A stretch of 64,000 bases of DNA from an uncultured Kiloniellales bacterium. GTDB taxonomy: Bacteria; Actinomycetota; Acidimicrobiia; Spongiisociales; UBA5794. Positions 28,076-36,556 of the stretch are shown here, in pieces. Numbering within the stretch: position 1 is the first letter of the stretch; each line of letters begins with the position of its first letter. The notes below the pieces were generated by a model, which worked only from the letters and a program-made list of their open reading frames with translations, did no database searches and was not told the DNA's origin. The translations under genes and the position numbers were made by a program. The stretch is from NCBI GenBank assembly GCA_964196275.1, contig CAXMSN010000001.1, forward strand, positions 12,769 to 76,768, read 5' to 3'.

Positions 28076-29212
28076 GTGCTCGGTACGCCTGACCCAGATC
28101 TTGCGCTTCGGTTCCTCGATTCTTCTGTCGACGGTTCCGAACTGCTTTCAACGGCATCCTCGCTGAGGAATGACGGTCACGGCACGACGATCACGTACTC
28201 GAAGAAGGTGTTCGTGCCCATCACGACGATGTGCAGGGACACGTGCACCTACTGCACCTTCGTGAAGCCTCCCGGAAACGGTGGCGAATATCTTGAGCCC
28301 GAGGACGTGCTGGCGATAGTGACGGCCGGGGACGAACTCGGCTGCACAGAAGCGCTGTTGACCCTTGGCGACCGACCCGAGGACAAGTGGCCGCAGGCGC
28401 GTCAGTTCCTCTCTGACCATGGGGCTGCTTCGACGCTCGACTACGTGGTGATGATGTCGGAGTTGATACGGGCCGAGACCGGGCTCTTCCCTCACGCCAA
28501 TCCGGGGATCATGGACCGCGAGGCGGTCGCATCGCTGCGCAAGACCAACGTGTCAATGGGCCTCATGCTTGAGAACATCTCGCACCGGCTTACCGAGCCG
28601 GGAATGCCCCATCACAACTGTCCCGACAAGATCCCCGCAGTTCGGGTCGAGACGATCCGGGAAGCCGGTCGCCAGAACGTTCCGTTCACAACCGGCATCC
28701 TTGTCGGTATCGGAGAGACCGCCGAAGAGATCGTCGAAAGCCTGTTCGCGCTGAGGGACCTTCAGACGGAGTTCGGGCATCTTCAGGAGTTCATCATCCA
28801 GAACTTCAGGGCGAAAGCCGACACCCGGATGCGCAACGCACCGGAGCCATCCATACCGTTCTTCGTCCGTGTCGTTGCGCTCGCACGATGGATACTCGGA
28901 GCCGAGGCGAACCTGCAGGTGCCCCCGAACCTGACGGACGACTTCGGTGTCTATCTCGATGCGGGAATCAATGACTGGGGCGGTGTGAGCCCCTTGACGA
29001 TTGACTGGGTCAACCCAGAGGCACCATGGCCGCAGCTCGAAAGACTCGATGCGGTGACGAGCGCCCATGGGTTCTCATTGCGACCCCGCCTCCCCGTCTA
29101 CCCCGAGTACCTCACGGCGCAGTGGATCGATGCCGACCTGTTCGGAGCGGCGTCGGCCGCTGCTACTGAGGACGGCTACGCTGCGACCTCCGAATCTGAG
29201 AAGGCCAGATGA
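28076..29212 (+). CDS. cofG: 7,8-didemethyl-8-hydroxy-5-deazariboflavin (FO) synthase subunit CofG (radical SAM)
   Basis: Radical-SAM CxxxCxxC motif (CRDTCTYCTF) and CofG-like length. ATGA overlap with cofH. Confidence 0.8.
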   Translation: MLGTPDPDLALRFLDSSVDGSELLSTASSLRNDGHGTTITYSKKVFVPITTMCRDTCTYCTFVKPPGNGGEYLEPEDVLAIVTAGDELGCTEALLTLGDRPEDKWPQARQFLSDHGAASTLDYVVMMSELIRAETGLFPHANPGIMDREAVASLRKTNVSMGLMLENISHRLTEPGMPHHNCPDKIPAVRVETIREAGRQNVPFTTGILVGIGETAEEIVESLFALRDLQTEFGHLQEFIIQNFRAKADTRMRNAPEPSIPFFVRVVALARWILGAEANLQVPPNLTDDFGVYLDAGINDWGGVSPLTIDWVNPEAPWPQLERLDAVTSAHGFSLRPRLPVYPEYLTAQWIDADLFGAASAAATEDGYAATSESEKAR

Positions 29213-31080
29213 ACGAGATCACGTTCCTCCAACTACGACCAGTCGATGCGGTCAACGAGATCTGGGCTTCGACGCGCCGCAGAGAAGGAACCCTTGTCGC
29301 TGAGGTGGAGAGACCGACATCTGAGGATGTTCTCAGCGCCCAGAAGGGCGGTCTCATCGTGGCGAGCGGGACAGCGGCCGCTGATGCCCCGGCCTACGTC
29401 GTGATCCCCGCTGAAGCATCGTTGCTCGCCAAGCGGAATCTCGCCGGATGGAGGGTCACGGTGCTCGACGAGGGCTCCCGCATGGATGTGCTCGACGCCC
29501 TTGCCTTCACGCGAGCGGCGTACCTGAGGACGAACCGAAGCTCGGTCCTTCAGGCCGCTGGGATGGTCGGCATTCCCGGAGGAAAAGCCGTCGTGTCTGT
29601 GTTCGTGGATGACGTAGACGACGCCGTCACCGCTGTCTCGCACGGTGCAGGTGACCTTCTGCTCAGAGATTGGGACACGGAGCGGATCGGCGAGCTGAGA
29701 GAGGCGATCGCCGAGTTCAGACTGGTAGAGCGCACCGCGTTTCCCTCCACCGTTACGTATGACGAAGCCGCAGCGGAAATGGAGAAGGGTGCATTCAGCG
29801 CTTACCTGAATCAGATCGATGGATCCGGGCGGGCACGTCCCAGAGTCGACTGGGCGCCAGGCAAGGACCTGGATACACCCGACCCAGAGTTCCGGCTTTC
29901 GTCCGCATGGAAGGACTCGTCATGGGCCGATGGCAGGCGTGCTCACTTCGAAGACGCAACGTCCGACGTAGCCGGAATACTCGCCCGTGCCCTTGCGGGA
30001 ACCGCACCGACGAAGGATGAGGTCGAGGCGCTCTTCCGAGCACACGGCACCGACGTTGAGGCGATCGCCGACGTCGCAGACACGCTCAGAGAGCAGATCG
30101 TCGGGGACGATGTCACCTTCGTCGTGAACAGGAACATCAACTACACGAACCAGTGCTACTTCAAGTGTGGATTCTGTGCGTTCTCCAAGGGGCCCCGATC
30201 GCTGGATCTGAGGGGCGAGCCGTATCTCATGTCGATCGAAGAAGTGGTCGAGAGGTCGGTCGAGGCTTGGGGGACCGGGGCCACAGAGGTGTGCCTCCAG
30301 GGAGGCATCCATCCCGAGTTCACAGGCCACTTCTATGTCGACCTGGTAACCGCGATCAAAGCCGAACTTCCTGACATCCACATCCATGGCTACACGCCCC
30401 TCGAGATCTGGCAAGGCGCCGAAACCGCCGGTGTCAGCGTGAGGGAGCTCTTGGTCGAGTTGCAGCAGGCGGGTCTCGGGACACTCCCGGGTACGGCAGC
30501 TGAGATTCTCGACGACGATGTCCGGCTGACGCTGTGCCCGGACAAGATCCGCACGAGCCAATGGGCCGAGGTCATGCTCACCGCTCATGACATAGGGCTA
30601 CGCACCACTTCGACGATCATGTTCGGGCACGTCGACGGCCCACGGTCGTGGGCGAGCCACATCGAGGTCCTGAGGCGTATCCAGCGCAAAACCGGGGGCT
30701 TCACAGAGTTCGTCCCCCTCCCTTTCGTCCACATGGGCTCACCGATCTGGCTGAGGGGTCAGTCTCGGCCCGGCCCCACATGGGATGAGGTCATCCTGAT
30801 GCACGCGGTGTCGCGCATCGCCTTCATCGGTCTGATCGACAACATTCAGGCATCGTGGGTCAAGTTGGGCCTCGATGGTGCCGGAGCGCTTCTGCGGTCC
30901 GGGTGCAACGACGTCGGTGGAACCCTGATGGATGAGTCGATATCGAGAGCTGCAGGTGCGTCCCACGGAACGCAAGTAACCGCCGCCGACTTCCGTGATC
31001 TGATCTTCGACCTCGATCGCAACCCGGTCAGACGGAACACCACATACGAGCCCATCGAATCCGGTCTCACCATCCAGTAG
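29209..31080 (+). CDS. cofH: FO synthase subunit CofH (radical SAM) with ~230-aa N-terminal domain of unknown function
   Basis: 623 aa. Residues ~240-623 are CofH-like (NINYTNQCYFKCGFCAFSKG radical-SAM motif). Residues 1-230 have no recognisable motif; they include the stretch GGLIVASGTAAADAPAYVVIPAEASLL. Confidence 0.75.
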   Translation: MNEITFLQLRPVDAVNEIWASTRRREGTLVAEVERPTSEDVLSAQKGGLIVASGTAAADAPAYVVIPAEASLLAKRNLAGWRVTVLDEGSRMDVLDALAFTRAAYLRTNRSSVLQAAGMVGIPGGKAVVSVFVDDVDDAVTAVSHGAGDLLLRDWDTERIGELREAIAEFRLVERTAFPSTVTYDEAAAEMEKGAFSAYLNQIDGSGRARPRVDWAPGKDLDTPDPEFRLSSAWKDSSWADGRRAHFEDATSDVAGILARALAGTAPTKDEVEALFRAHGTDVEAIADVADTLREQIVGDDVTFVVNRNINYTNQCYFKCGFCAFSKGPRSLDLRGEPYLMSIEEVVERSVEAWGTGATEVCLQGGIHPEFTGHFYVDLVTAIKAELPDIHIHGYTPLEIWQGAETAGVSVRELLVELQQAGLGTLPGTAAEILDDDVRLTLCPDKIRTSQWAEVMLTAHDIGLRTTSTIMFGHVDGPRSWASHIEVLRRIQRKTGGFTEFVPLPFVHMGSPIWLRGQSRPGPTWDEVILMHAVSRIAFIGLIDNIQASWVKLGLDGAGALLRSGCNDVGGTLMDESISRAAGASHGTQVTAADFRDLIFDLDRNPVRRNTTYEPIESGLTIQ

Positions 31081-31154
31081 TCGGTGCGCGAGATCGCGTG
31101 CACCAACCCCTCGGAACCCGTGAACGTCGGTGCGAATGCCGGTAGCCTTGTCGC

Positions 31155-31748
31155 ATGGCGACCAGACAGACGTCGGATGATGTGCGCGATGCGATGTTCG
31201 ATGCTGCGCGGGACCTGATCGCGCAGATCGGTTACAGCGAAATGTCTCACGCCGATATCACCGCCGCCGTCGGCATGGGGCGCACGACCTTCTATGAACA
31301 TTTCGCCTCCAAGGAGGATCTCCTGGTGGCGATGGTCAATCGAGATCTCCCCGAGGTGACGGTCGAGATCGTCGAGGCGGTCCCAGCCGATCTGCCACCG
31401 GACGAACGCCTCGCTCAGCTTGCCATGCGGATGGTTCAGTTCGTTGGCACGGACCACATGGGTCTCATCCTGCACACGGAGGTACCGCGCCTCTCCCCGG
31501 AGGCGCAGAAGGCGATCTCGGAGGCCCATGAGGGCCTTGCATCAGAATTCGCGAACGTCTACCGGGCGGGCGTCGTGTCTGGCGTGTTCAGGCGATATCC
31601 ACCACGCCTTGCCGGCCGGATGATCGAGCAGATGATCATGACCGGGGGCCAGGTCGTGATGGACTCCGATGACCCTGTCGGTCAGGTCGATTCGATCGCC
31701 CAAGACACAGCCTCGCTCCTCGTGGCGGCTTTCAGGGCTGGCGCCTGA
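31155..31748 (+). CDS. TetR-family transcriptional regulator
   Basis: N-terminal HTH (ITAAVGMGRTTFYEHFASKEDLL). 197 aa. Ends 21 nt upstream of trmD. Confidence 0.8.
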   Translation: MATRQTSDDVRDAMFDAARDLIAQIGYSEMSHADITAAVGMGRTTFYEHFASKEDLLVAMVNRDLPEVTVEIVEAVPADLPPDERLAQLAMRMVQFVGTDHMGLILHTEVPRLSPEAQKAISEAHEGLASEFANVYRAGVVSGVFRRYPPRLAGRMIEQMIMTGGQVVMDSDDPVGQVDSIAQDTASLLVAAFRAGA

Positions 31749-31769
31749 CACCCGAGATGAAGACCTGAG

Positions 31770-32438
31770 ATGAAGTTCCACGTCGTCACACTGTTCGAGG
31801 AGTTCTTCGGGTCGCCTCTTGCCACGTCTCTGGTCGGCAAAGCGATCGAAGAGGGTCTCATCGAGATCGAGTTCCACGACCCACGCGACCATGGCAAAGG
31901 TGTGCACCGTCAGGTCGATGATGCACCGTTCGGTGGGGGCGCTGGGATGGTGATGACGGTCGAGCCACTGGCGAAAATGCTGGAGCCTCTTGCAGATACA
32001 CACAGGGTTCTGCTGACACCGGCTGGAGCGCCGCTGACGCAGTCTCACCTCGATCGATTCGCCGAGATCGAGGAACTCACTCTTGTCTGCGGCCGGTACG
32101 AGGGCATCGATGAGCGAGTGGTCGAGCACTTCATCGATGAGGAGGTGTCGCTCGGAGACTTCGTCCTCCTTGGGGGAGAGGCCGCGGCAGCCGTGATCAT
32201 CGAGGGCACCGGAAGGCTGCTACCAGGCGTCATAGGAAATCCTGCATCATCCGAGTCCGAGTCCTTCCGAGGAGATGGTCTCCTTGAGGAACCCCAGTAC
32301 ACGAGACCCGCTGACTTTCGAGGATGGAAGGTTCCCGAGGTCCTACTCAGTGGGGATCACGGGAAGATCGCAGAGTGGCGAAGGCAACAGCGGGCGCACC
32401 GTACGGCGGAGCGGCGACCGGATCTCCTCGACGAGTAG
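31770..32438 (+). CDS. trmD: tRNA (guanine37-N1)-methyltransferase
   Basis: Begins MKFHVVTLFEEFFGS...GKAIEEGL. SPOUT-family TrmD. Sits upstream of rplS. Confidence 0.9.
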   Translation: MKFHVVTLFEEFFGSPLATSLVGKAIEEGLIEIEFHDPRDHGKGVHRQVDDAPFGGGAGMVMTVEPLAKMLEPLADTHRVLLTPAGAPLTQSHLDRFAEIEELTLVCGRYEGIDERVVEHFIDEEVSLGDFVLLGGEAAAAVIIEGTGRLLPGVIGNPASSESESFRGDGLLEEPQYTRPADFRGWKVPEVLLSGDHGKIAEWRRQQRAHRTAERRPDLLDE

Positions 32439-32504
32439 GGCTGATACGGTCGGCGTGCGTATAGAATCCCGTCCCTACCTCACCCTTTCATTTCGGAGGA
32501 CCCC

Positions 32505-32852
32505 GTGAATACGATCGAGCAGATCGAGAATGCGCAACTGCGCGATGACATCCCGGACTTCGGTCCTGGTGACACCGTCGTTGTGAACGTGCGAGTCATT
32601 GAAGCCGGCCGCGAGCGCGTCCAGGCTTTCGAAGGTGTCGTGATCGCCAGGAGCGGCGGTTCGGGCGCCCGAGCGACCTTCACGGTGCGCAAGATCAGCT
32701 TCGGAGTCGGCGTCGAGCGCATCTTTCCCCTTCACGCTCCCATCGTTCAATCGATCGAAGTTACGAGGCGGGGCGACGTGCGTAGAGCCAAGCTCTACTA
32801 CCTGCGTGACCGCATCGGCAAGGCGACCCGTATCAAGGAAAAGCGCGACTAG
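32505..32852 (+). CDS. rplS: 50S ribosomal protein L19
   Basis: 115 aa beginning MNTIEQIE and ending [19 protein letters not shown]. Typical L19. Confidence 0.9.
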   Translation: MNTIEQIENAQLRDDIPDFGPGDTVVVNVRVIEAGRERVQAFEGVVIARSGGSGARATFTVRKISFGVGVERIFPLHAPIVQSIEVTRRGDVRRAKLYYLRDRIGKATRIKEKRD

Positions 32853-32883
32853 TCGTCGATGCGCATCGTCAGACTCGTGACAC

Positions 32884-32913
32884 CGGCCTGTGCGAACGGG
32901 CCGGTTTGTCGTT
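32884..32913 (+). terminator. Putative intrinsic terminator/attenuator after rplS
   Basis: CCGGCCT-GTGCGAAC-GGGCCGG hairpin followed by TTTGTCGTT. Moderate stem, U-tract interrupted. Confidence 0.35.
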
Positions 32914-32914
32914 G

Positions 32915-33580
32915 ATGGACCTCGCAACGCTCCACGAAGAGGTTGAGATGCTTGCCTTTCGTGAACGGGTCTTCGCCGATCTGTCCGAGAGGAATGGCCC
33001 GCCGCCCCTATGGATGCGCCAGCCGACGTTCGAGACAGTCACGAGGCTCATCCTGGAGCAGCAGGTCTCCCTGGCGTCGGCCAACGCCGCGTATCGTCGC
33101 CTCGACGACCGTCTCGGAACCGTCGAACCAGCGGGATTCCTGTCTTTGACCGATAGTGAACTCAAATCGGTCGGGTTCTCGCGTCAGAAGACAAGCTACG
33201 TGCGAGGCGTCGCAGACCTTATATGTACGGGTGGTCTCGACCTCGCAGCGATAGCAGAGCTTGAAGATGACGATGCGGAATCGCAGTTGTTGCGGATTCG
33301 CGGAATCGGTAAGTGGACCGCGGCGTGTTTCCTTCTCTTTGCCAAAGGGTCGCCAGACATCTGGCCATCCGGCGACCGCGCTCTCTACGTGTCTATGGCA
33401 TCAGTATTCAACCTCGGTGCGGTACCGGACAAGGAGACCGCCGACGGAATGGCTCAATCGTGGGCCCCGCACCGCTCGACTGCGGCCCGAATGCTGTGGT
33501 ACGACTACCTCGGCGGGAGGGAATACGTTCCTTCAGACACCTCTGGATTTGCCGAAGGCACCGGTATGGTTCCTACGTGA
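32915..33580 (+). CDS. HhH-GPD family DNA glycosylase (AlkA/3-methyladenine glycosylase II-like)
   Basis: HhH-GPD features: LRIRGIGKWTAACFLLF helix-hairpin-helix and a catalytic Asp region. Internal ATG chosen as start. The track ORF begins at a TTG at 32906. Confidence 0.65.
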   Translation: MDLATLHEEVEMLAFRERVFADLSERNGPPPLWMRQPTFETVTRLILEQQVSLASANAAYRRLDDRLGTVEPAGFLSLTDSELKSVGFSRQKTSYVRGVADLICTGGLDLAAIAELEDDDAESQLLRIRGIGKWTAACFLLFAKGSPDIWPSGDRALYVSMASVFNLGAVPDKETADGMAQSWAPHRSTAARMLWYDYLGGREYVPSDTSGFAEGTGMVPT

Positions 33581-33606
33581 CTGATGACTCAAAGGATGAC
33601 GCGGCG

Positions 33607-34365
33607 ATGCCTCCAGAGGCGGCGGACTGGTATCTCACCGTCTATCAGACCGATGGAGAGAGTGCCACGGATGACGACGCCGACATCGTCGGATCTGGTG
33701 ATGAATCCGAGCCTACTGATGAGGCAGATGCGCAGACCGAGGCCGAAGAGAAGAAGCGTTCCATGCCTTTCTGGATGGAACTTCCGATCCTCATCGGTGT
33801 CGCTCTCATCGTCGCCGTCATCATCAAGACGTTTCTCTTCCAGGCATTCTTCATCCCCTCAGGCTCGATGAAGGAGACGCTGCAGATCGACGACCGTGTC
33901 CTCGTGAGCAAGGTCTCGTATACCTTCGGCGAGCTGGCGTATGGCGACGTGATCGTGTTCGACGATCCACGCGGTGGATTCGAGTCAGCCACCGACGGCG
34001 TGGGAGAGCGCGCCATCAGGAACCTTCTGGAGTCGATTGGCCTGGCGACACCTGAGTCAGAGTTCATCAAGCGTGTGGTCGCCCTACCGGGCGACACGGT
34101 TGAGTTGGTGATGAACCAACTCCTCATCAACGGCGTGCCGGTCGACGAGCCGTACCTGGCCGCCGATGCTGTTCCTCCGTCCACGTGCGCCTCGGGAGGC
34201 CATGACTACGGACCTCAGCTCATTCCAGAGGGTCACGTGATGGTCATGGGGGACAACAGATGTCACTCAAGCGACGGCCGGAGGTTCGGCCCGGTACCCG
34301 AAAATGCGATTGTCGGCAAGGCATTCATCATCATTTGGCCGCCGGGTCGCTGGTCCGGCTTGTAA
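33607..34365 (+). CDS. lepB: Signal peptidase I
   Basis: TM anchor (LPILIGVALIVAVIIKTF) plus the catalytic Ser box (IPSGSMKETL) and the Lys box (RVVALPGD). Acidic N-terminal tail. Alternative GTG start at 33577. Confidence 0.8.
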   Translation: MPPEAADWYLTVYQTDGESATDDDADIVGSGDESEPTDEADAQTEAEEKKRSMPFWMELPILIGVALIVAVIIKTFLFQAFFIPSGSMKETLQIDDRVLVSKVSYTFGELAYGDVIVFDDPRGGFESATDGVGERAIRNLLESIGLATPESEFIKRVVALPGDTVELVMNQLLINGVPVDEPYLAADAVPPSTCASGGHDYGPQLIPEGHVMVMGDNRCHSSDGRRFGPVPENAIVGKAFIIIWPPGRWSGL

Positions 34366-34394
34366 GTCAATACTTGTGTCTAGATTGTTGAACC

Positions 34395-34691
34395 ATGAGT
34401 GACGAAGATCTTGAGCGGTACGAATCCGACGTCGAACTGAAGATCTACCGCGAGTACCGCGACGTGCTCTCGATGTTCAAGTACGTCGTCGAGACCGAGC
34501 GCCGGTTCTATCTCGCCAACAATGTTGATGTCCAGACGAAGCAGTCAGGTGAGGCGACCTACTTCGAGATCAATCTCGAAGACGCCTGGGTGTGGGACAT
34601 GTACCGGCCTGCGCGTTTCGTTCGGTCGGTGAGGGTCATGACCTTCCGCGACGTCAATATCGAAGAGATCGACAAGAGCCCAACCTCCTAG
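34395..34691 (+). CDS. DUF2469-family conserved actinobacterial protein
   Basis: 98 aa (MSDEDLERYESDVELKIYREYRDVLSMFKYVVETERRFYLANNVD). Occupies the Rv2901c-equivalent position downstream of lepB. Confidence 0.7.
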   Translation: MSDEDLERYESDVELKIYREYRDVLSMFKYVVETERRFYLANNVDVQTKQSGEATYFEINLEDAWVWDMYRPARFVRSVRVMTFRDVNIEEIDKSPTS

Positions 34692-34723
34692 TCGTCGCAG
34701 CGCCTCTCAGATACTGTCGAACT

Positions 34724-35062
34724 GTGTCTCGACGTCCAACTCGCTCAGAAGTCGGAAGACTTGGCGAACAGATCGCCGCAACGTTCCTTGTGGGCCGCGG
34801 GTACCGCATCGAGGCGACGAACGTTGCAAGCAGTGGCGGAGAGATCGACATCATCGCATTTGGTGAGGATGGGCGTATCGCCCTTGAGGTCAAGACAACG
34901 ACCGACGGTGTTGACCCGACGGAAGCCATAGATCACAGGAAACTCGAAGCGCTTGAGAGGGCGATAGCGGGCCTCCCGGTGGCGGTTCAGAGACTCGATG
35001 TGATCGCGGTCAGGATCTCCGCGAGGGGAGCGGGGGTACGTTGGCTACGAGACGTCAGCTGA
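34724..35062 (+). CDS. yraN: YraN/UPF0102 family endonuclease
   Basis: Contains LGEQIAATFLVGRGYRIEATN...GEIDIIAFGEDGRIALEVK, matching the YraN restriction-endonuclease-like fold. GTG start at 34724 is assumed. Confidence 0.7.
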   Translation: MSRRPTRSEVGRLGEQIAATFLVGRGYRIEATNVASSGGEIDIIAFGEDGRIALEVKTTTDGVDPTEAIDHRKLEALERAIAGLPVAVQRLDVIAVRISARGAGVRWLRDVS

Positions 35063-35299
35063 TCGGTGGTAGCCGAGACGCCTGCGCTCCTTGAACCAGC
35101 ACCCACGGTGCCAATGTCGACGTAGGTCCGGTGCGTCCTGAGGAACCACAACGATGTGACCAACTCCGGGGTCGATGATCGATTCACATCCTGGACAGAT
35201 GTACGACTTGCGCGCTTGATACGGCTGGATCGGATGAACCATCTCATCCTCGTTCCCCGACAGTGGGGGCATCGCGTACGCATTCGAATCGTTGCTCAT
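35045..35299 (-). CDS. Small hypothetical zinc-ribbon protein (84 aa)
   Basis: C-terminal part of ORF 35045..35521, taken from the internal Met (MSNDSNAY...ICPGCESIIDPGVGHIVVV...HWHRGCW). Has a CPGC...H.HRGC metal-binding pattern. Divergent from the crotonase gene. Confidence 0.4.
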   Translation of the reverse strand: MSNDSNAYAMPPLSGNEDEMVHPIQPYQARKSYICPGCESIIDPGVGHIVVVPQDAPDLRRHWHRGCWFKERRRLGYHRSADVS

Positions 35300-35373
35300 G
35301 CCGCGATGGTACGGCTCCAGACGCGAAATTTCGGTGTTCAGGATGCCGTGGCAGACACCGGTAGTGTGGAGCC

Positions 35374-36153
35374 GTGATCGAATTCGTTTCCACCGAAGAT
35401 CGTGGTGCGGTCCGATGGTTGACGATGTCGAACCCGGGCCGCATGAACGCGGTGCCACAGGATGGCTGGACGCAGCTTGCGGACGCCTTTTCGGCGTTCC
35501 AATCGTCGGACGCAAGAGCACTCGTGATCACCGGAGCCGATGGAGACTTCTGCTCGGGCGCCGACATGAACAAGGAAGCCGTATCGGTTCCGAGTGCTGC
35601 CGACAATGCCGCCCGCATGCGGGTCACCAACTCTGCGGCGATCGGACTTCATCGGCTGACGAAACCGACGATCGCCGCTGTCGACGGTGTCGCGGTCGGG
35701 GCGGGCATGAACCTTGCCATCGGTTGTGACATCGTCATCGCTTCAGAATCCGCTCGCTTTGCGGAGATCTTCGTGAAGCGGGGCCTCACCATCGATTTCG
35801 GCGGAACCTGGCTGTTACCAAGACTCGTCGGACTGGCTCGTGCCAGAGAGCTGGCCTTGACCGGGAGAGTGATCGACGCTGACGAGGCGCTGACGATAGG
35901 TCTTGTGACATCAGTCGTCCCGGCGAATGAGCTCAGTCGAACCGCCTCTGATGTGGCGGATCAGTTGGCTGCAGGTCCACCGTTGGCACAATCGATGGTC
36001 AAGCGAGGTCTTGACCGGTCATCGACGTTCACGTTCGAACAGGCGCTTTCGTTCGAGGAGCAGGCACAGGCGATACTGCTCGCTTCAGAAGATCTTGCCG
36101 AGGGCGCCGAGGCCTTCGTCGAGAAGCGGCCGCCCCAGTTCAGAGGTCGATAG
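35374..36153 (+). CDS. Enoyl-CoA hydratase/isomerase (crotonase) family protein
   Basis: 259 aa with crotonase-fold motifs (ITGADGDFCSGADM, VDGVAVGAGMNLA). Confidence 0.8.
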   Translation: MIEFVSTEDRGAVRWLTMSNPGRMNAVPQDGWTQLADAFSAFQSSDARALVITGADGDFCSGADMNKEAVSVPSAADNAARMRVTNSAAIGLHRLTKPTIAAVDGVAVGAGMNLAIGCDIVIASESARFAEIFVKRGLTIDFGGTWLLPRLVGLARARELALTGRVIDADEALTIGLVTSVVPANELSRTASDVADQLAAGPPLAQSMVKRGLDRSSTFTFEQALSFEEQAQAILLASEDLAEGAEAFVEKRPPQFRGR

Positions 36154-36409
36154 CGGTGGCCGGTTCTTCACCGTCGCCACTCTCCGCCTGATCAGCCCGT
36201 GATTTCTCGCCGGTCTTCTCCTCGGTGACATGTTCGATCGAAGGCTGATAGATCTCCTCGACGAGACCAAGGGACGATGGACGAGGCCGGTCCTTGGTCC
36301 GGTAGTACACCCATCCACGACGCTCCATCCATGAGAGTACGAGGTGCACGGTCAAGGCAGCGCATGTCAGCGCGATCAGTACGGCGATGATGGCGAGGAT
36401 TTGATTCAC
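36140..36409 (-). CDS. Hypothetical small membrane protein
   Basis: 89 aa. N-terminal TM helix (ILAIIAVLIALTCAALTVHLVLSW), then a charged tail. Convergent with, and overlapping, the crotonase gene's 3' end. Confidence 0.35.
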   Translation of the reverse strand: MNQILAIIAVLIALTCAALTVHLVLSWMERRGWVYYRTKDRPRPSSLGLVEEIYQPSIEHVTEEKTGEKSRADQAESGDGEEPATAIDL

Positions 36410-36556
36410 AGGTTCAGATTCTCACAGAAATATTGACTTGTGCCGATCACAGCGCTTGCGATGGCTGAACCGCGCAACGTCCAGAGTGCTGCTCATCACG
36501 CGGCGTAGTCCGCAGCCCGATCGTGACCTGTCATAGTGGTGGTATACGTTCGGGGT

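Noticed and set aside
33313-33606. Long N-terminal extension of the lepB ORF (MDRGVFPSLCQRVARH...).
   Set aside because: It overlaps the glycosylase gene in another frame and is Arg/Cys-rich nonsense. The start was moved to ATG 33607, with GTG 33577 as an alternative.
35300-35521. N-terminal 74 residues of minus-strand ORF 35045..35521.
   Set aside because: The Pro/Arg/Ser-rich segment runs back over the intergenic region and the yraN 3' end. The internal Met at 35299 gives a compact zinc-ribbon protein, so the longer form is probably artefactual.
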